The notes: generated from the sequence alone by a model not told the origin. Shown: positions 40,208-56,680, counted from the stretch's first letter. The stretch is 64,000 bases of DNA from the human T2T-CHM13v2.0 reference genome, Homo sapiens (GCF_009914755.1 NC_060927.1), one strand, 5' to 3'. Numbers and translations are program-made.

Positions 40208-41284
40208 TTCCTTTGAAATTTTTAGCATGTAGTTTATCCTCCTTAACATTAAGTTATGGCTTATGCAGATAATCATACTTGTTTCTCTTTAAAACTATTA
40301 GATTGTCCAAAATTTAGATGAAATACCAAATTAAGGATATTAATTAGTTAAGCTGTGTCTGTCTCCACATTTTAATTGGAAGTGAAGTTCCCCCTCAGGA
40401 AAGGAGGAAGAATAGGATGATATGCATAGGTATCAATCATTCATTCATTCACGTACATTTTGGAAAAGTTAGGAACAGAAACAGATGTTGTATATATGTA
40501 GCTTATTCTTACTGTGTGAAGCCGGTAAAGCTGGTACAGGTTATTTTTATTCTTTCTTTAAGCATTATGTTATAGAAAATTTCAATCACCTGCAAAAGTA
40601 GAGATAATGGTATAATGAGCCCCTTTATGGTATAAAGTTGGGCAAATGGTATAATTTATCCTTTACCCAACTTTTACAGTTATCGGCACATGACCAATCT
40701 TGTTTTATCTATTCCCCCCACCCACTATCCTCACTCCCTTTAGTGATTTTGAAGCAAATCCCAGACATTATATAATTTTACCCATAAATATTTCTGTATT
40801 TATCTCCAAAATCGCTTCTTCCTTTCCTTCCATTCTCAAATTCTTATTTTTACAAGTGTAGAAATTTTATTTTATGTCAGTTACATCAGTGATTATTAAT
40901 ATAAGTTAATGTAAAACTCTCCCCTTAACTCTTGATTTAATTCAGTTATATTAATAATAAAAGGTACATGCATAATATGTATTGCTAATAAATTTACTAA
41001 GAATCTGTCAAATTCTAAGCAGGAGATGTAGTTCTTTAAAAGTCAACTGCTCTTTTTCTATGGATACCTCTGTGGGGAGAAGAAATCAAAGAAAGACACA
41101 TGAATCAAAAAATGCTTTGCTTCAAAACATCATGTTGTGCACCATAAATATACAGAATTTTTGTCAATTTTTTAAAAAATGCATTTTAAAAAGTGTTTTA
41201 CTTATAACATGAATACATCTAAGTGTTTGGGGAGCAAATCGTATCTCCCTTTTTGTTGTTGCTAAAAATGATATATCCAGAACC

Positions 41285-41910
41285 ATTTCTCTCGTCTTTC
41301 TCTGCCACCACCCTCAACTAAACTACTGCTACCTCTTACCTAGATTATTGCAAAAGCTTCCTAGTTCATCTCATTGTTTCTCCCCTTCTGTCCTTGCAGT
41401 CTGTTTTCAATATACCCACCAGAGTGATCTTATTAAACAGGTTAGATCATATAATTCCTCTGCCTAAGATTTTCCAAGTGCTTGCTCTTTTGTTCAGAGT
41501 AAAAGCCAAAGTCTCTGCTTGATCTGTATGCCAACCCCTACACTTCTTCCAATCCATTTCTCATCCTCCATCACTATTCTCTCACTCTTTATTCACACTA
41601 GCCTTATTGCAATTCAGAAGTCCCAGGCATACTTCAGTTTTAGGAGCTTTGTCCTGACTGTTACTACCTCTACCTGGAATGTTCTTCCTGCAGACATCTG
41701 CTGGCTCCTTCGCTCCTTTCAAGTCTTTATTCAAATATTGCGTTATTCATGAGTGAAGCTTTTTCCAGCCATTCAGTATAATGTTCTGACCCTCCCCATT
41801 ACTTCCCTGTTGCCTTTCCTTGCTTGATTTCTCAGCACTTAATGCTATTTAACCTACTCCAAAACTTGCTAGTCTCATTTATCTCAGGAAGGAAGGGATT
41901 TTGTCTGCTT
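41285..41910 (+). mobile_element. L2 LINE 3' fragment
   Basis: CTGCCACCACCCT...CCTAGATTATTGCAAAAGCTTCCTA...CCTCTACCTGGAATGTTCTTCC; strand and boundaries approximate. Confidence 0.7.
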
Positions 41911-42129
41911 TAGTTTTGTTCTCCATTTAACAAAAGCCATTTCTCAACTCTGCATCCCCTTTTAGGTGACACCATTTCTTTCTCATGTATTGATGAATTG
42001 AGTCATTTTCTGTAAGTGAATTAGTTTTCTGTGATAGCATATTTGTTGCTAGGCTTTGGAACTACCAAAATGAAGTAATCCCTGCCCCAGCCAATCTTAT
42101 GGGGGGTTCTTTTTTTCTAATGTATATTC

Positions 42130-43330
42130 GGATTGTTGCCAATTTTTTCCTGTTACAAAAAGTGTTACAATGACTATTATTGTTTATTTATTTATTTATT
42201 TTGAAGTTAAATACCCAGAAGTGGAATTGCTGGGTCATGGGTCACGTACATTATGACTGTTACTAAATATTGCCAAAGTATTTTCTAAAACAGAGTTCTC
42301 CTTTCCCTACATCTTGCTCAACACTTTGTACTGTCAGACTTGAAAAAACGTACCAGTCTGATGGGTGTGAAACAGTGTCTCATTTTGTTCTAATTTGCAT
42401 TTTCTTGATTGCTGGTGAGATGCAGGTATCCTCAATTTCATTCATATGAATAGATTGCCCTTTTTCCATTGGGTAGTTTGGCCTTTCCTAATTCTTGCTA
42501 TAGCCTGGATGCCAATTCTTTGTTGTATATGTTGTAAATATCTTCTAGTCTGTTCCGTGTATTTAATTTAGTTTATGGTATCTTTTTTTATACAGAAAGT
42601 TTAAATTTATTTGTAGGTAAATTTATTAGACATATGATTTCTGCTTTTTATTACATATTTGACAATTCCTTTGTTATACTAGGATCATAAAGCTGTTTTT
42701 CCAGCGTTTTCTTCAAATTGTTTTAAAATTAGTTTTTTAACATTTAGATCTTTAAAGATACCTGGAATCAATTTTTGTATATGGAATAAGGAAGGGAATT
42801 TGTTTTCTCCCGTATAGAAAGTTGTGTCAATGCTGTTTATTGAATGAGGCATCCTTCCTCCACGAGTCTGTGTTGTTTGCCTTCTCTGTCATAAGTGACA
42901 CATTTAGGACACGTACCAGCATTCTCTTTCACATACTCTGTCATATACCAGCATTCTCTTTCATATACCTTGGTCTCATTCTAGATTCTGTATTCCATTT
43001 CATTCATTTCTTGGTGCACAAATAATGCTCTGTCTTAATTATAGTATTTTAATGATAAGTCTTGGTATTTGGCAGGCAGAACCCCCACCTTCTTTTTTTT
43101 TCTTTTTACAATTATACTGAACTTTATTCTTCCATATGCCACTTACAGTGTTTGTCTAGCTCCATGGAAAATAGTTCTAGATTTTGATTAGCTTTGCATT
43201 GAAGTTAAGTTTCTTCATATTTTTTCCCTTTGATGATTATAAGCTATGGATTGTATTTTCATTTTTATTTATTTTTCTAGTTATGCCTATAGTCATTGAG
43301 CATCTCTATACATAATCTACAAATAACATA
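42130..43330 (-). mobile_element. Old L1M (L1ME-type) ORF2 3' fragment
   Basis: ATACCCAGAAGTGGAATTGCTGGGTCA...TCTCATTTTGTTCTAATTTGCATTTTCTTGAT. Confidence 0.7.
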
Positions 43331-43331
43331 G

Positions 43332-43637
<306 letters not shown>

Positions 43638-43714
43638 AGGAATTTAGATTTCTTAACTCCAGTGTTCTTTCTCATCTTCTGCGTTACAGTTGCATAGTAG
43701 TCTGTTTTTTCTCT

Positions 43715-45010
43715 TTGACCAGCTTTATTGAGATACAACTCACATAACATACAATTTACCCTTATAAAGTATATGATTCAGTTTTTTTCTAGTGTATTCA
43801 CAGGTTAGTGTAACCATCACCACACTCTAATTTTAGGATATTTTTTCTTCCCAAAAGAAACTCGATACTCATTAACTGTCATTCCCCATTTTCCCAAACC
43901 TCAAGCCCCCAGCCTAAATCAACCACTTTCTGTTTCTAGATTTGCCTACTCTGAACATTTTATATAAATGTCATCGTACCATATATGTGGTATTTTGTAA
44001 CAGTGTTCTTTCACCTAGCATAATGTTTTCAAGGTTCTTCTATGTTGTAGCATGTATCACTACTTCATTTCTTTTTATTGCCAAATAATACTCAATTTTA
44101 TGGATATACCACATTTTTTAATTCATCCATCAATTGATGGACATTTGGGTTGTTTCTGCCTTCTGGGTATTAGAAATAACACGGCTTTGACCATTCATCT
44201 GTAAGTTGTTATGTAGATGTGTATTTTCATTTGGGCTTATACCTAAAGAGTAGACTTTTATTGGGTCATATAGTAACTCTGTTTTTAACTTTGTGAGGAA
44301 TTGCCAAAGTGTTTTCCAAACTATCTGGACCATTTTACATTCCCACTAGCAATGTATGAGGGTTCCAATGTCTTCATATCCTTGCCAACACTTACTTTTG
44401 TCTGTCTTTTTGATTATAGTCATCCTAGTGGGTATGAATAGTATCTTACTGCGATTTTGGTTTGTGCTTCCCTAATGACTAATGATATCCAATTTTTTTT
44501 ATGTACCTGTTGGCCATTTGTGTATCATTTTTGGAGAAATGCCTATTCAGATATTTTTGCTTTTTTTTTTTTCTTTTGAGACGGAGTTTCACTCTTGTTG
44601 CCCAGGCTGGAATGCAATGGCACGATCTCAGATCATGGCAACCTCCGCCTCCCAGATTGAAGTGATTCTCCTGCCTCAGCCTCCCAAGTAGCTGGTATTA
44701 TAGGCACGTGCTACCAGGCCCAGCTAATTTCTTTTTTTTTTTTTTTTAGTAATGATGGGGTTTCTCCATGTTGGTCAGACTGGTCTCGAACTCCTAACCT
44801 CAGGTGATCTGTCTGCCTTGGCTTCCCAAAGTGCTGGGATTACAGGCGTGAGCCACCGCACTGGGCCGCTTGTTTTTAATTGGGTTATTTCTTGTGTTTT
44901 AAAAAAAATTCTTGAGTTGTAAGACTTCTTTATATATTCTAGATATAAGACCTTTATGAGATGTGATTTGCAAATATTTTCTCCCATAATGTGGGTTGTA
45001 GTCCTACTTC
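43715..45010 (-). mobile_element. L1MB-type 3' fragment with a nested AluS (44560-44867, - strand)
   Basis: CAGCTTTATTGAGATACAACTCACATAACATACAATTTACCC...; ORF fragment WKTLWQFLTKLKTELLYDP. Confidence 0.85.
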
Positions 45011-48000
45011 TTTTTAAACTCAATGTTTTTTAGCATTAGTTTTTAATTAATATGGTAATTTTTATTTAGCACAAGGATTTAGTGATATCTTTTACTCATT
45101 ATTGTTTCTTGCATACCACCTCTTTCTTCTGGATTTAATTTTATTCTTGCTGAATAACTTCTTTAGTTGTTTTTAAGCAAGAGTTCGTGAGTGGTAATGT
45201 TTTTATTTCATAGTCACTATTGAATGGGAATTTAGCTAGATACAGAATTCTAGATTAATGGTTACTTTAGCTCTACGTATTGGAGATACTACTTATTCCA
45301 TTACTTTCTGACATTTATTATTGCTGTTATGAAATATGCTTTTAATCTAATTGTCATTACTTTGTTGGTAATGTCTTTCACATTATTTTTAAGATTATCT
45401 TTGTCCTTGATATTTTGTAATTTTACTGTGATGTATCCATCATGTTTTTTCATATTGTTTTTCCTGCTCTGCATTTGCGTGTGCTTTCAATCTGAAGACT
45501 ATACAATTCAGAAAAATTTTTAGCCATTTTTTCTTTAAAATATTATTTCTCAGCCTTTAGTTTTCTCATTCTAGAACTCTTGCTTGACATATGTTGAAGC
45601 CTCTTAATTTGTTCTCTATGGCTCTTTTCTTATTCTCATCTCATTTTCTATCTGTGCTGTTTTCAGCAGAAATTTTTTATTTCTAGCTTCTAGTCCACCA
45701 ATTCTCTTGTTTTCACTGTAGTTTATCCTGTCTTCTGAATTTTTACTTAAATGACAATTTCTCATTTTCAGCATTTATTTATTATTGGACCTTGTTCATT
45801 TCTGTCTGCTCTTTCTGCATATGTGCCTGATTTGTTTCATAATTTTTCATTAAAAATATTATTCCATTATTCCTTTGGAGATCTTAAACATACTTATTTT
45901 AAAGGTACCCAGCTTTTTCCAGGCTTCTTTCAAAGGTGGGAGCAAGCCTGGACCCAAGCACAATACTACTAATTGAACCTGACTCTAGAACCATGGTGCA
46001 GAGGGGGTACTGCTGATTCTTATCCGGCTATTCTTATCCTATAGGAGTTGAACTTCAAACTGCTTATTTCCACACTGAGAGTCCCAGAGGCTCAGCTCCT
46101 GATTACAGAAATGATTATCTTATGTTAAGCTTGGCTAAGTATTAATTTAAAAAAAAAAAGACTATCTGTCTTTGCTTTTGTGAAGTAAAGGGAACAGTTC
46201 AAAATGTAGACCTTCCCAAAGCCAATAGCCAATTAGTGTCACAGCCAGGACTTGAACCTAGAGAGTTTTTCCAGGGAGTTTAGTAGTGTGGAATAGAATT
46301 AGCCATAGTAGGGAGAATGAAATAACAGTAGCTTCCACCGTTATCTCTTAAATCTGCCTGAAAGTGTGATAAGACTACAGAATGCATTAGGGGAAGGAAA
46401 GTCTAGCAGTGGTATTCTGGAGATGGTGGTGACAAGTTTGTAGAGGAAAAAGAAAAAAAAATGATCAAGAGTTTCTAGTCCAGCCATGGCCATTCTCAAG
46501 GTGAAATATATTTTATTAGTTAGGCCTGGCTTATATCTTAATGTGTATCTCCTCTTACACATGTTATATAGTGTAAATGGCAATGTGTACATTGATTTTA
46601 AACAGCGTGGCAAATTATTTTTTAGAGTTTTCAAAAGTTTTAAATTCCTTGGGAGCTCAAAAATTATTTTGACATTTGAGAAATTTGTGACCTTGAAATA
46701 GAAATTAGAATTGCAGCAAAGAGATAAGGTGGTGCCCATTTTTAATAATAGCTTTTATCATATCCATAAGGAAATTATGTCATACTTTTAAATCTATTAA
46801 GGTTATATTTTATAATATTCTGTAGGAAAATAAGTGAGTCATCTATGATTTAATGCTATTTTAGTCAAAATTGTACTTATTCTACATATTTTACTTTTTG
46901 TGCTTATTAAAAAGGCTTTTTTTAAAAATGAAGTTTTATTCAGGGGAGGGGCGTGGTTTTCTCATTTTGGTATTTCCATAGTTCTAAGCATATTACCTTG
47001 CTCATGATACTTATAAATTGAATTATAAGATCAAATACTAAGTGGCTTGATATTTCAGAATGATCAAACATTTTAACTTAACTGAGTAGCAAACACGTTT
47101 TTCTTTATAAGTGATACACATAGGTATTGTAAGATTTTGCTTTGAAGAGTCTTTTGCAATGAGTGTAATTGGCGGATAAAGCTTGAGCACAATATAGTAA
47201 GTCCAAGTCTTAATCATATGTTACCTAGAACGTTGTTTCTTCACTTTTTCATCTCCTGAACTACAAGGGGAATGTAGATACTCTTGCTTATTTTAGCTCT
47301 CCACTATGCTCTTTAAGGTACGATAAGTTCAGAAACAGTGAGAGTGAACCTGATTGTTTACTATGGAGAGACTGTAAAGTAGTTCTCTAATCTTGTGTTT
47401 TCCTGTTGAAGTTCCAGTGTTGTAAAGGAATTGGTTTCTAACTTAGATATGCAGGAGACCCTCATACCTTGTGGATCCAAATCTTTATGCAAAGTTAAAG
47501 GGAATTGATGCAGTGCTAACCTGCCAATGTTGATCAACATTTTTTTTCCAGCATATATTTGTAGTATTTTTTTTTTAAAGAGGGAAAAGCTGAAGTATCT
47601 TAGGAATGTATTATGAGAAAGGGAAAGTCAAAATTTGTAAAGAATGCTTTTAACAGTTTTTTTTAGTTGGTAGTCTCCCAGGCCATGGGTTCCATAATGA
47701 TGATGTTTCATGTAGATTGAGATAAAGCTCTCAGTGGTCTATGGCAAAATGAGAAAAATGAGGTCAGTGTAATCTGTGTGTTTGCATAAATTTATAGATG
47801 TCCTTGTTTTTGAGTAATTTTTTTAACATTTTAAACATAAACTTTATTTTAGAATGGTTTTTGATTAACAAAAAAGTTGCAAATATAGTGGAGAGGATTC
47901 CTGTACCCTTCTCTCCCACCCAGTTTCTCTTATTGTTAACATTTTACATTACTGTGCAGCGTTTGTTACACCAATATTGATGTGTTGTTATTTAACTGCA

Positions 48001-48295
48001 TACTTTATTTGAATTTTATTAGTTTTTCCCTAATGTTCTTTTTCTGGTTTAGTTTCTCAGACTTTAATTTAAAGTCTTAGATTGTTTCCCTTGCTTTCTT
48101 TTTTATTAATATTCTTGGTTAGAAAAATAAAAAGTTGGCAACCCTATGCCAGTTTCCTAATTTAAAAAAGTTTTACCGATCTGTGAAATCCAAAACTGTT
48201 CCCTCCTATAGGAGATTAAAAAAATAGAAGTCCAAAACTCTGAGAACCAATGCCTTTGGTTATTAGAAGTTAGTGTGATAACCATTAACAATTAA

Positions 48296-48655
<360 letters not shown>

Positions 48656-49169
48656 GCTCTGTACACTAATAAGCAATCCTGTACACATCCTTTGCTTGAA
48701 CTGTCACCATTTTGCTTGCTGGGTTCCAATATCAAGTCCAGCCCTCTTTTCTAAGCTCTAAGCAAGTATATCCAGTTGCTTTCCAGATTGTTAGATATCC
48801 ATGCTAGTTGTCTCACATTTAAAACAGGAAACAATCCTGATTTGATCTTAAGTATGTGAGATGAAATAGCTTAAGGCATAAATCACTAAGATTTCATCAA
48901 TTCCATATGGGCAGGGACTAAATCATGTATTTCTTTCATCATCATTAGTCCTTAGCACATTACAAGGCACATAGTAAGTATTCAGTAAGTATTCTTTGAT
49001 TGGTTGCTAAAGTACATTTTTAAAAAATCGAATACAGGAAAATATTAAAAGGCAAGAATTGCAGATCAGCAGTAGAATTTTCTTAGTTATTATGCAGGGT
49101 AAATGAGCTGCTTTTTGAAATAACTGAAAATAAGCTAAAATTCTTCTGTTTTTTAAAAATACATTTTCA

Positions 49170-49453
49170 GCCGGTCACGGTGGCTCATGCACTTTGGGAA
49201 GCCGAGGCGAGCAGATCACTTGAGATCAGGAGTTCAAGACCAGCCTGGCCAACACGGTGAAACCCCATCTCTACTAAAAATACAAAAGATAGCCTGGCAT
49301 CGTGGTGGGTGCCTGTAATCCCAGCTACTCAGGAGGCTGAGACAGGAGAATTGCTTGAACCCAGGAGGCGGAGGTTGCAGCGAGCCGAGATGGCACCACT
49401 GCACCTCAGCCTGAGCGATGGAGCAAGACTCCACCTCAAAATAAATAAATAAA
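49170..49453 (+). mobile_element. AluS
   Basis: Alu dimer with a small 5' deletion and (AAAT)n tail. Confidence 0.92.
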
Positions 49454-49954
49454 TTTTTCAGAATTATGTTAGTGTGATCCAGTGATGCTAAGTAATCATT
49501 TCTCTGCTTAAAGTTTAATTTTCATAGCAATAGTTTAGGATTTACTGAGTCTTTTTTTTTTCTCTTTACCCTGTGTAGACATGCTTTACTTTCTTTCGAA
49601 GCATATTTCCCAGGTTCTTGATAACACATTTCTGACATATAAAATTAATTAGACAATTGTGCATCTTCCTCCCACCCTACTTTTTTCTACCTTTGTGTCT
49701 ATTCTTTTCTAAGTGAGTAGGATTCACCTAGCATCTTTATTCTTTGACCTCAGTGCGTTTTTTGTGCTGCTACTGTTGAGAATGTTTTTACCTATACTTT
49801 ATCCTACTTTTAAATCTGTAGTTGGAAATATTTGTTGTACAGTAGTTTCCTGGTTTGAGTACTGTCTGTACTGCTCATGTGAGATAAGCAGCACCTTCTA
49901 ACTTGAGAGATAGTGAATACTTGTGGTATAACTTACATTTTAACATCCAAATAC

Positions 49955-50625
49955 ATAGTTGATTCTCAACGCTGTCAGACATATTTCCCCTGTTCGTATC
50001 AAATATTTTATAAATATTTCTTCCTTTTTAAAATCCTGAAATAAAATTTAAATAAGTTGCTTATACAAGTAATTTTTTAAAAAATCCACATTACCACCCT
50101 AATTGTCATATGAAGGAAAAATAAATGAATACATTTATATTAAATAAAATCTATTTCAGTATGTAAACAATCATGACTACACTGGACATAATAATCAGAT
50201 GCTGAAGTCATTGTGAATGCTCTGGCTCTAAAATATACTGCTAAAAATATATTGTTATGGTGACTCATAGCATTTTCACTGGTGATGTGATTTTCTGAAA
50301 TAGTAAACAGCACTTCATAAAAGTTCTGACAAAAAGTATAATCTTTCTTCAATTTTCCTGGTAATTGCATTCCTGGAAAATTCATAAATCCATATAAAAT
50401 TTTTTTGTTTATGTTCAAATAGAAGGTTTGGATTATTTCAAAGGGATTTTTGCAAACATGGCGTCTGGAAGTTGTGATGCTCATAGGACAGTTCTTCATT
50501 GGCAAGGCTCTGCAATCCATTACAGAATGTCTAATACTTCTGCCTCACCCACCCAGTAACTAAATGCCACTAGCACCCCCCAGTCATTGTGAAAATCAAT
50601 ACCAACCTTATTTCTGAAAAGTTCC
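49955..50625. mobile_element. Probable old hAT-Charlie element
   Basis: AGTTGATTCTCAAC start; MER20-like CTAAATGCCACTAGCACCCCCCAGTCATTGTGA near the end. Confidence 0.45.
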
Positions 50626-51804
50626 TAGAAGTCCACCTTCCTTCCTTTGGCTCATCCCCCCAGAAGGAGTTTTTTGAGGCATACACCTCTTAGCTATAAT
50701 AGAACTAGTACATACAGTTTTCTATATGAGAATAGCAACCAATCGGAAAATAATAGGTGGATAGAAAAGCCTGTAGAACACTAAGTATATGATTATTCGG
50801 GAACATTATTTCAGTGATATTATTATTTTGGTTGGTTTGCCCAATTTAAGTTGTTTATATTACATTGTATGTATCTGATAACAGGAACAGCATATACTTT
50901 CATTGTAGGTAAGAGCATTATGTATTTTGATAAACATTAAAAATGTTTATGGCAAGATGAAAAGTAGGACAACTAGATTGTGGTGAGACTGGTACAAAGT
51001 AGTTGGTTTTTGTTGTTGCTGCTGCTGTTATTTATTTAGTAATGGTTTCTTGGTTCAGACATTACTGAAAACAGGTTTCCAGCGTGTAAAATTAATAGCA
51101 CAATTGCATATCTTCCATCCACCTTTTTTCTACTTTTTTTTTGCATTAATTCTTGTCTAAATAACCAAATAGGATTCACCCAGGACATCTTTTTTTACTT
51201 CAATACATTTTTTAATGTTGTTTAGAATTTTGTGGTGTACATTTGTGACTGGTATATTTTTTAAATAGTAAACTTTGAAGATATTGTGAAAAAGATATGT
51301 TTATTCATTGACTGTGTCTCCAGCCTATTTGCAGAGTTGTAGCCAGCTGTTGCTGATATACCAAGGAGGATTTAGAAAGCCATTTTCATTGCCAGTTTTG
51401 TTTATGATTGTTGGGGGAGAAGGAGGAAGCTCAGAAGTGTTTTAGATATGAGTGGAAATGTATTTTTACCCGTTTATCTCCAATCTGGATACTGCAGCCA
51501 TAAAATTTACTAGTTTCACTCCTTATCCAGACAGTGGTTAACTGGATAGGCAAAGAACTCAAATTTAGTGTCCTTGCTTATAGAAACCTTAAATTCTCCC
51601 TTACTAAAACCTGTGATCTTTAAATTTGATCTAAACTAAACCTTACACATTTATTTTTATCATAAATACCTCTGTGTTTCCATACATGGAAACTACCAGT
51701 CCAGCATATAAGGGATATTTACTATCATGGTTGAATTATGGCCAAATAGGACTTGCCTGATGCAGAAAATCCACAGTGAAGTCCCAAATGGATGAAGTTG
51801 ATTT

Positions 51805-52591
51805 CTAAAAATTGTGTGAAATATACATAATATAAAAGTTACCATTTTAACCATTTTTAAGTGTACAGTTCTGTGGCATTCAGTATATTCACATTGTTAT
51901 ATAATCATTACCACCATCCATCTCTTGAACTTTTTTATCTTCCCAGCCTGAAACTCTGTACTCATAAACTTGCCATTCCCTTCCTTACTCAACCCCTGGC
52001 AACCACTTTCTGCTTCTGTCTTATGAATTTAACTACTCTTATTCCTTATATAAGAGGAATCATACAATATTTGTCATTTTCTGACTGGCTTATTTTACTT
52101 AGCATAATGTCCTTAAGGTTGATCCATATTGCAGCATGTGCCAACATTTTCTTCCTTTTTAATGCTGTATAATATTTCATTGCCTGTATAATACCACATT
52201 TTGTTTATTCATTCATCAGTAGATGAACACTTGGATTGCTTCCACCTTTTGACTATTGTGAATAATGCTGCTTTGGACATGGGTGTAGAAATATTCTTCG
52301 AGCTCCTTCTTTCACTTCTTTGAAGTATATACCCAGAAGTAGAATTGCTGGATCTTATGTTAATTCTGTGTTTAATTTTTTGAGAAACTGCCATACCATT
52401 TTCCACAGTAGCTTCACCATTTTACATTCCCCCCAGCAATGCACAAGGGTTCCAGTTTCTCCACATTTTTGCCAATACTTATTTTCTGTTTTGTGGGGTG
52501 TTTTGTTTTGTTTTGTTTTGTTTTTGTAATAACTTTGTTAATGGATGTGAAGTGTTATCTCCTTGTGGTTTTGATTTGTATTCCCCTAATG
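51805..52591 (-). mobile_element. 5'-truncated L1MB-type element with 11-bp TSD
   Basis: AAAGTTACCATTTTAACCATTTTTAAGTGTACAGTTC; TSD GAAGTTGATTT at 51794-51804 and 52592-52602. Confidence 0.85.
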
Positions 52592-52668
52592 GAAGTTGAT
52601 TTGTTTGACCTTCAGGAATGGATCCCCACCAACTGTAAAACTGTAATAAATAGCCTTGATAAAAATAA

Positions 52669-53466
<798 letters not shown>

Positions 53467-53627
53467 TTTAGTGATATTTTAAAGCCAAATTCAGAATGTG
53501 AAACTAGAGAATTTGAAACTCAGAATGTGAAAACTAGAGAATTTAATCCATTGAGTAAATATTCTTTAAAGAATTAATTTGTGTCAGACATCTAAGCACA
53601 TGCTGCCCTTAAGAATTTTACAATCTG

Positions 53628-53913
53628 AGCAGAGCACAGTGGCTCACAGCTGTAATCCCAGCACTTTGGGAGATTGAGGAAGGAGGATTGCTTGAGCCCA
53701 GGAGGTTGGGACCAGCCTGGGCAACACAGTGAGACCCCATATCTACAAAAAATTTTAAAAGTTAGCTGGGCATGGTGGTGTGCATCTGTAGTCCCAGCTA
53801 CTCAGAGGCTGAAATGAGAGGATCGCTTGAGCCTGGGAAGTCAAGACTGCAGTGAGCCGTGAATACACCACTGCACTCAAGCCTGGGTGACCGAGCAAGA
53901 CCTGATCTCAAAA
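53628..53913 (+). mobile_element. AluJ
   Basis: GGAGGATTGCTTGAGCCCAGGAG; inserted into an L2-like remnant. Confidence 0.9.
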
Positions 53914-56317
53914 GAATCTTATAGTCTGGAGGGGGAGATAGATACAGAGACAAGCAATTAGAATTCAGTGTAATGAAATCTATACTGGAACCGTATAAAA
54001 GGTTTGGTGGGAGTAGTACATAACACATGCCTTCCTTTGTCTCTGGGGAATGAGGGGCATCAGCTAAAGCTCCACTGAGAAGGAAGCTCTTAAGCTGAAA
54101 AATGAAGGATGAGTAGGCTTTTCCTGGAGCCAGAGATGAGCTACCTTTAGTAAAACTTTGGCAAATGATTTGAGAATTTTTGAGTTATCTTTCGCTAAGA
54201 TTACTCTAGATTTTATATCCTACAGCTTGAAAAAATCCAGTCCCAACTCACCCCTGCACTAAGCCAGGGTTCTTGGAAGACCGGACTGGTCTGATAGATG
54301 GCAAACTAACTTAAATCCTGAAGTGAAAGTTATGTAATACAAAGCAAAAAGCTGAGGTAAATTATAACTGTTTACATTGTGGGTGTTTTAAATTTTTCTC
54401 TATCACCTTAGTCTGGTCTGTTAACAGTGTCACATTATCTTGCCCTGATGGTACCTTTATATAGGTATATTTTACTGAATAGGTATAATTTATTGAAAGT
54501 TTATGTCTAGGAAATAGTAATTCACAATTAACTTTGTAGGTTTCAGTAAAAGACGTTAAATAATTCCTCCCCAGAAGCATTGGTATTTTTTTTCCCTAGG
54601 CATTTTCATGTGCCTGTATACTTTGAAACATATAGCCAGCAAAAATCACTTTCTGTCATGAATGTGATCTAAATAAAATTCTGTTCATTTATTTTAATAA
54701 CCTAATACAGTTTTGACCCTGAAGCTGCTTTTTGTTTTTGTTGTTTTGAGGTCTTTTGTTTGTTTTGATGCTTTTTCTTTCTGTCATAGAGCAAATAGAT
54801 CATATGTAGGAATGCTAGAAGGCGCTGTGAACTCTAAGGATGATGTTTTCTTAGTTATATTAAAGAAGTATGACTAATTAAATTATTCATAACTATAGTT
54901 TTAGTCTCTTCTTAGCTCTTTTACTTGTAATGCTTATAAAATCTTTGGGATTTTAAGATAATGCAGAGGCTAATATACTTGGCCTGAAATTGAAAATGTT
55001 GAGATTCATTCCTAAGTATTGTTTTATGCCAGAGACCTCCTGCTAAAATTGATATAGCTGTTTGCTGATTTGATTTCTCCAGGTCTCATTCAGTTTGGTT
55101 ACAAGAGGAGTCCCGTTCAAATCAATCCTGTCTTGTGTATTAACAGTACTTCCCCTGTCTGCCATCATGAGACTTTTTCCCCTTTAAATATTCACCCACT
55201 TTTTTTTTTGAGTACCTATGGCTTTAACATATGCTCACAAGTCCAGTAAGAAAAAAAAAGGGATTTTGAATTTCATAATTTTTAAGAATATGATAGCTTT
55301 CAAATAGTTTAAATTTGTGTGCCTACAATACCTAAACTCTACTTTTTAGTAGACATTAACATAAAGCCAGGGTGGCTGGAATAGCATTGATCTATCTCAG
55401 GTCCTTTGCCCAGGACAAGATAAAATCAGAGAAGAAAGGAGCAGGCAAGCATTAAGGGGTTGAGGGTGTGAATGAGTAGCCTGGGATAACAAGAGAAAAT
55501 GTATTATGTGCCAAAGGTTTCTGAACCTTGCCATGTAGCCTTGACCTAGTAATTAGAGAGTTCAGATTATATTTCCTTTCCAGTGTCATAGAATTGCTGA
55601 TAATGCTTACTAGAAATAGTGTGAAACTATGCTTGAACTTCATACTAAACGTGTAGTTACACAAATAATTTTGTTAATAGTTTGTTTTGACTCCTGTTAA
55701 AGAAGATAAAGGTGTTACTGAAACATAAAGATTCTCTTGAGGTAGTTTTAAATATAGAATTTCAAGCTACAGAACTAATTACAAAGCAAGATTTTAAGTT
55801 AAGTACTTTTAAGCTTCTTTTCATCATGCAAAGCTCATGAAACCTATGTATACGCTTATCAGAAAAATGCACATATATGCAAATTTGCACACAATTTCAG
55901 GGATTCACAGAACTAAAGCCCATTTATGGATCCTGCTCTAAGTCACTTTCTTCATTTTTGGATAGTTTTGTTCTTTTATTTTTATTTAGATTGTGGCTAG
56001 TTTAATTTGTTGCAGCAAAGTTAATATTAAATACTAATGAACTGAAGTTATAAGTTTAATTTCCGTAAGGGACATTTGGCTGTACTTATACTATAGACAC
56101 ATATATTAAATTTACCTATTTTGCATATGAAAGAAAATAACACACGTACGTGCCCACAAATGCAGGCCATTGACTATAATATGATTGAATGAGATTATGT
56201 GAATTAATAAAAAGCCTCAGAATGCATAGGTAGATATTATATCATCATTGGGAATATGGAAAAGTTTGTCATCATTCTCCTTTTAAATTTGTCATCTTAT
56301 TTTTAATTGGAATATAG

Positions 56318-56680
<363 letters not shown>

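Noticed and set aside
55083-55245. Possible cryptic exon (TTTCTCCAG| ... CCA|GTAAGA)
   Set aside because: The exonic side of the donor is weak, the length is frameshifting, and such pairs are expected by chance in 26 kb.
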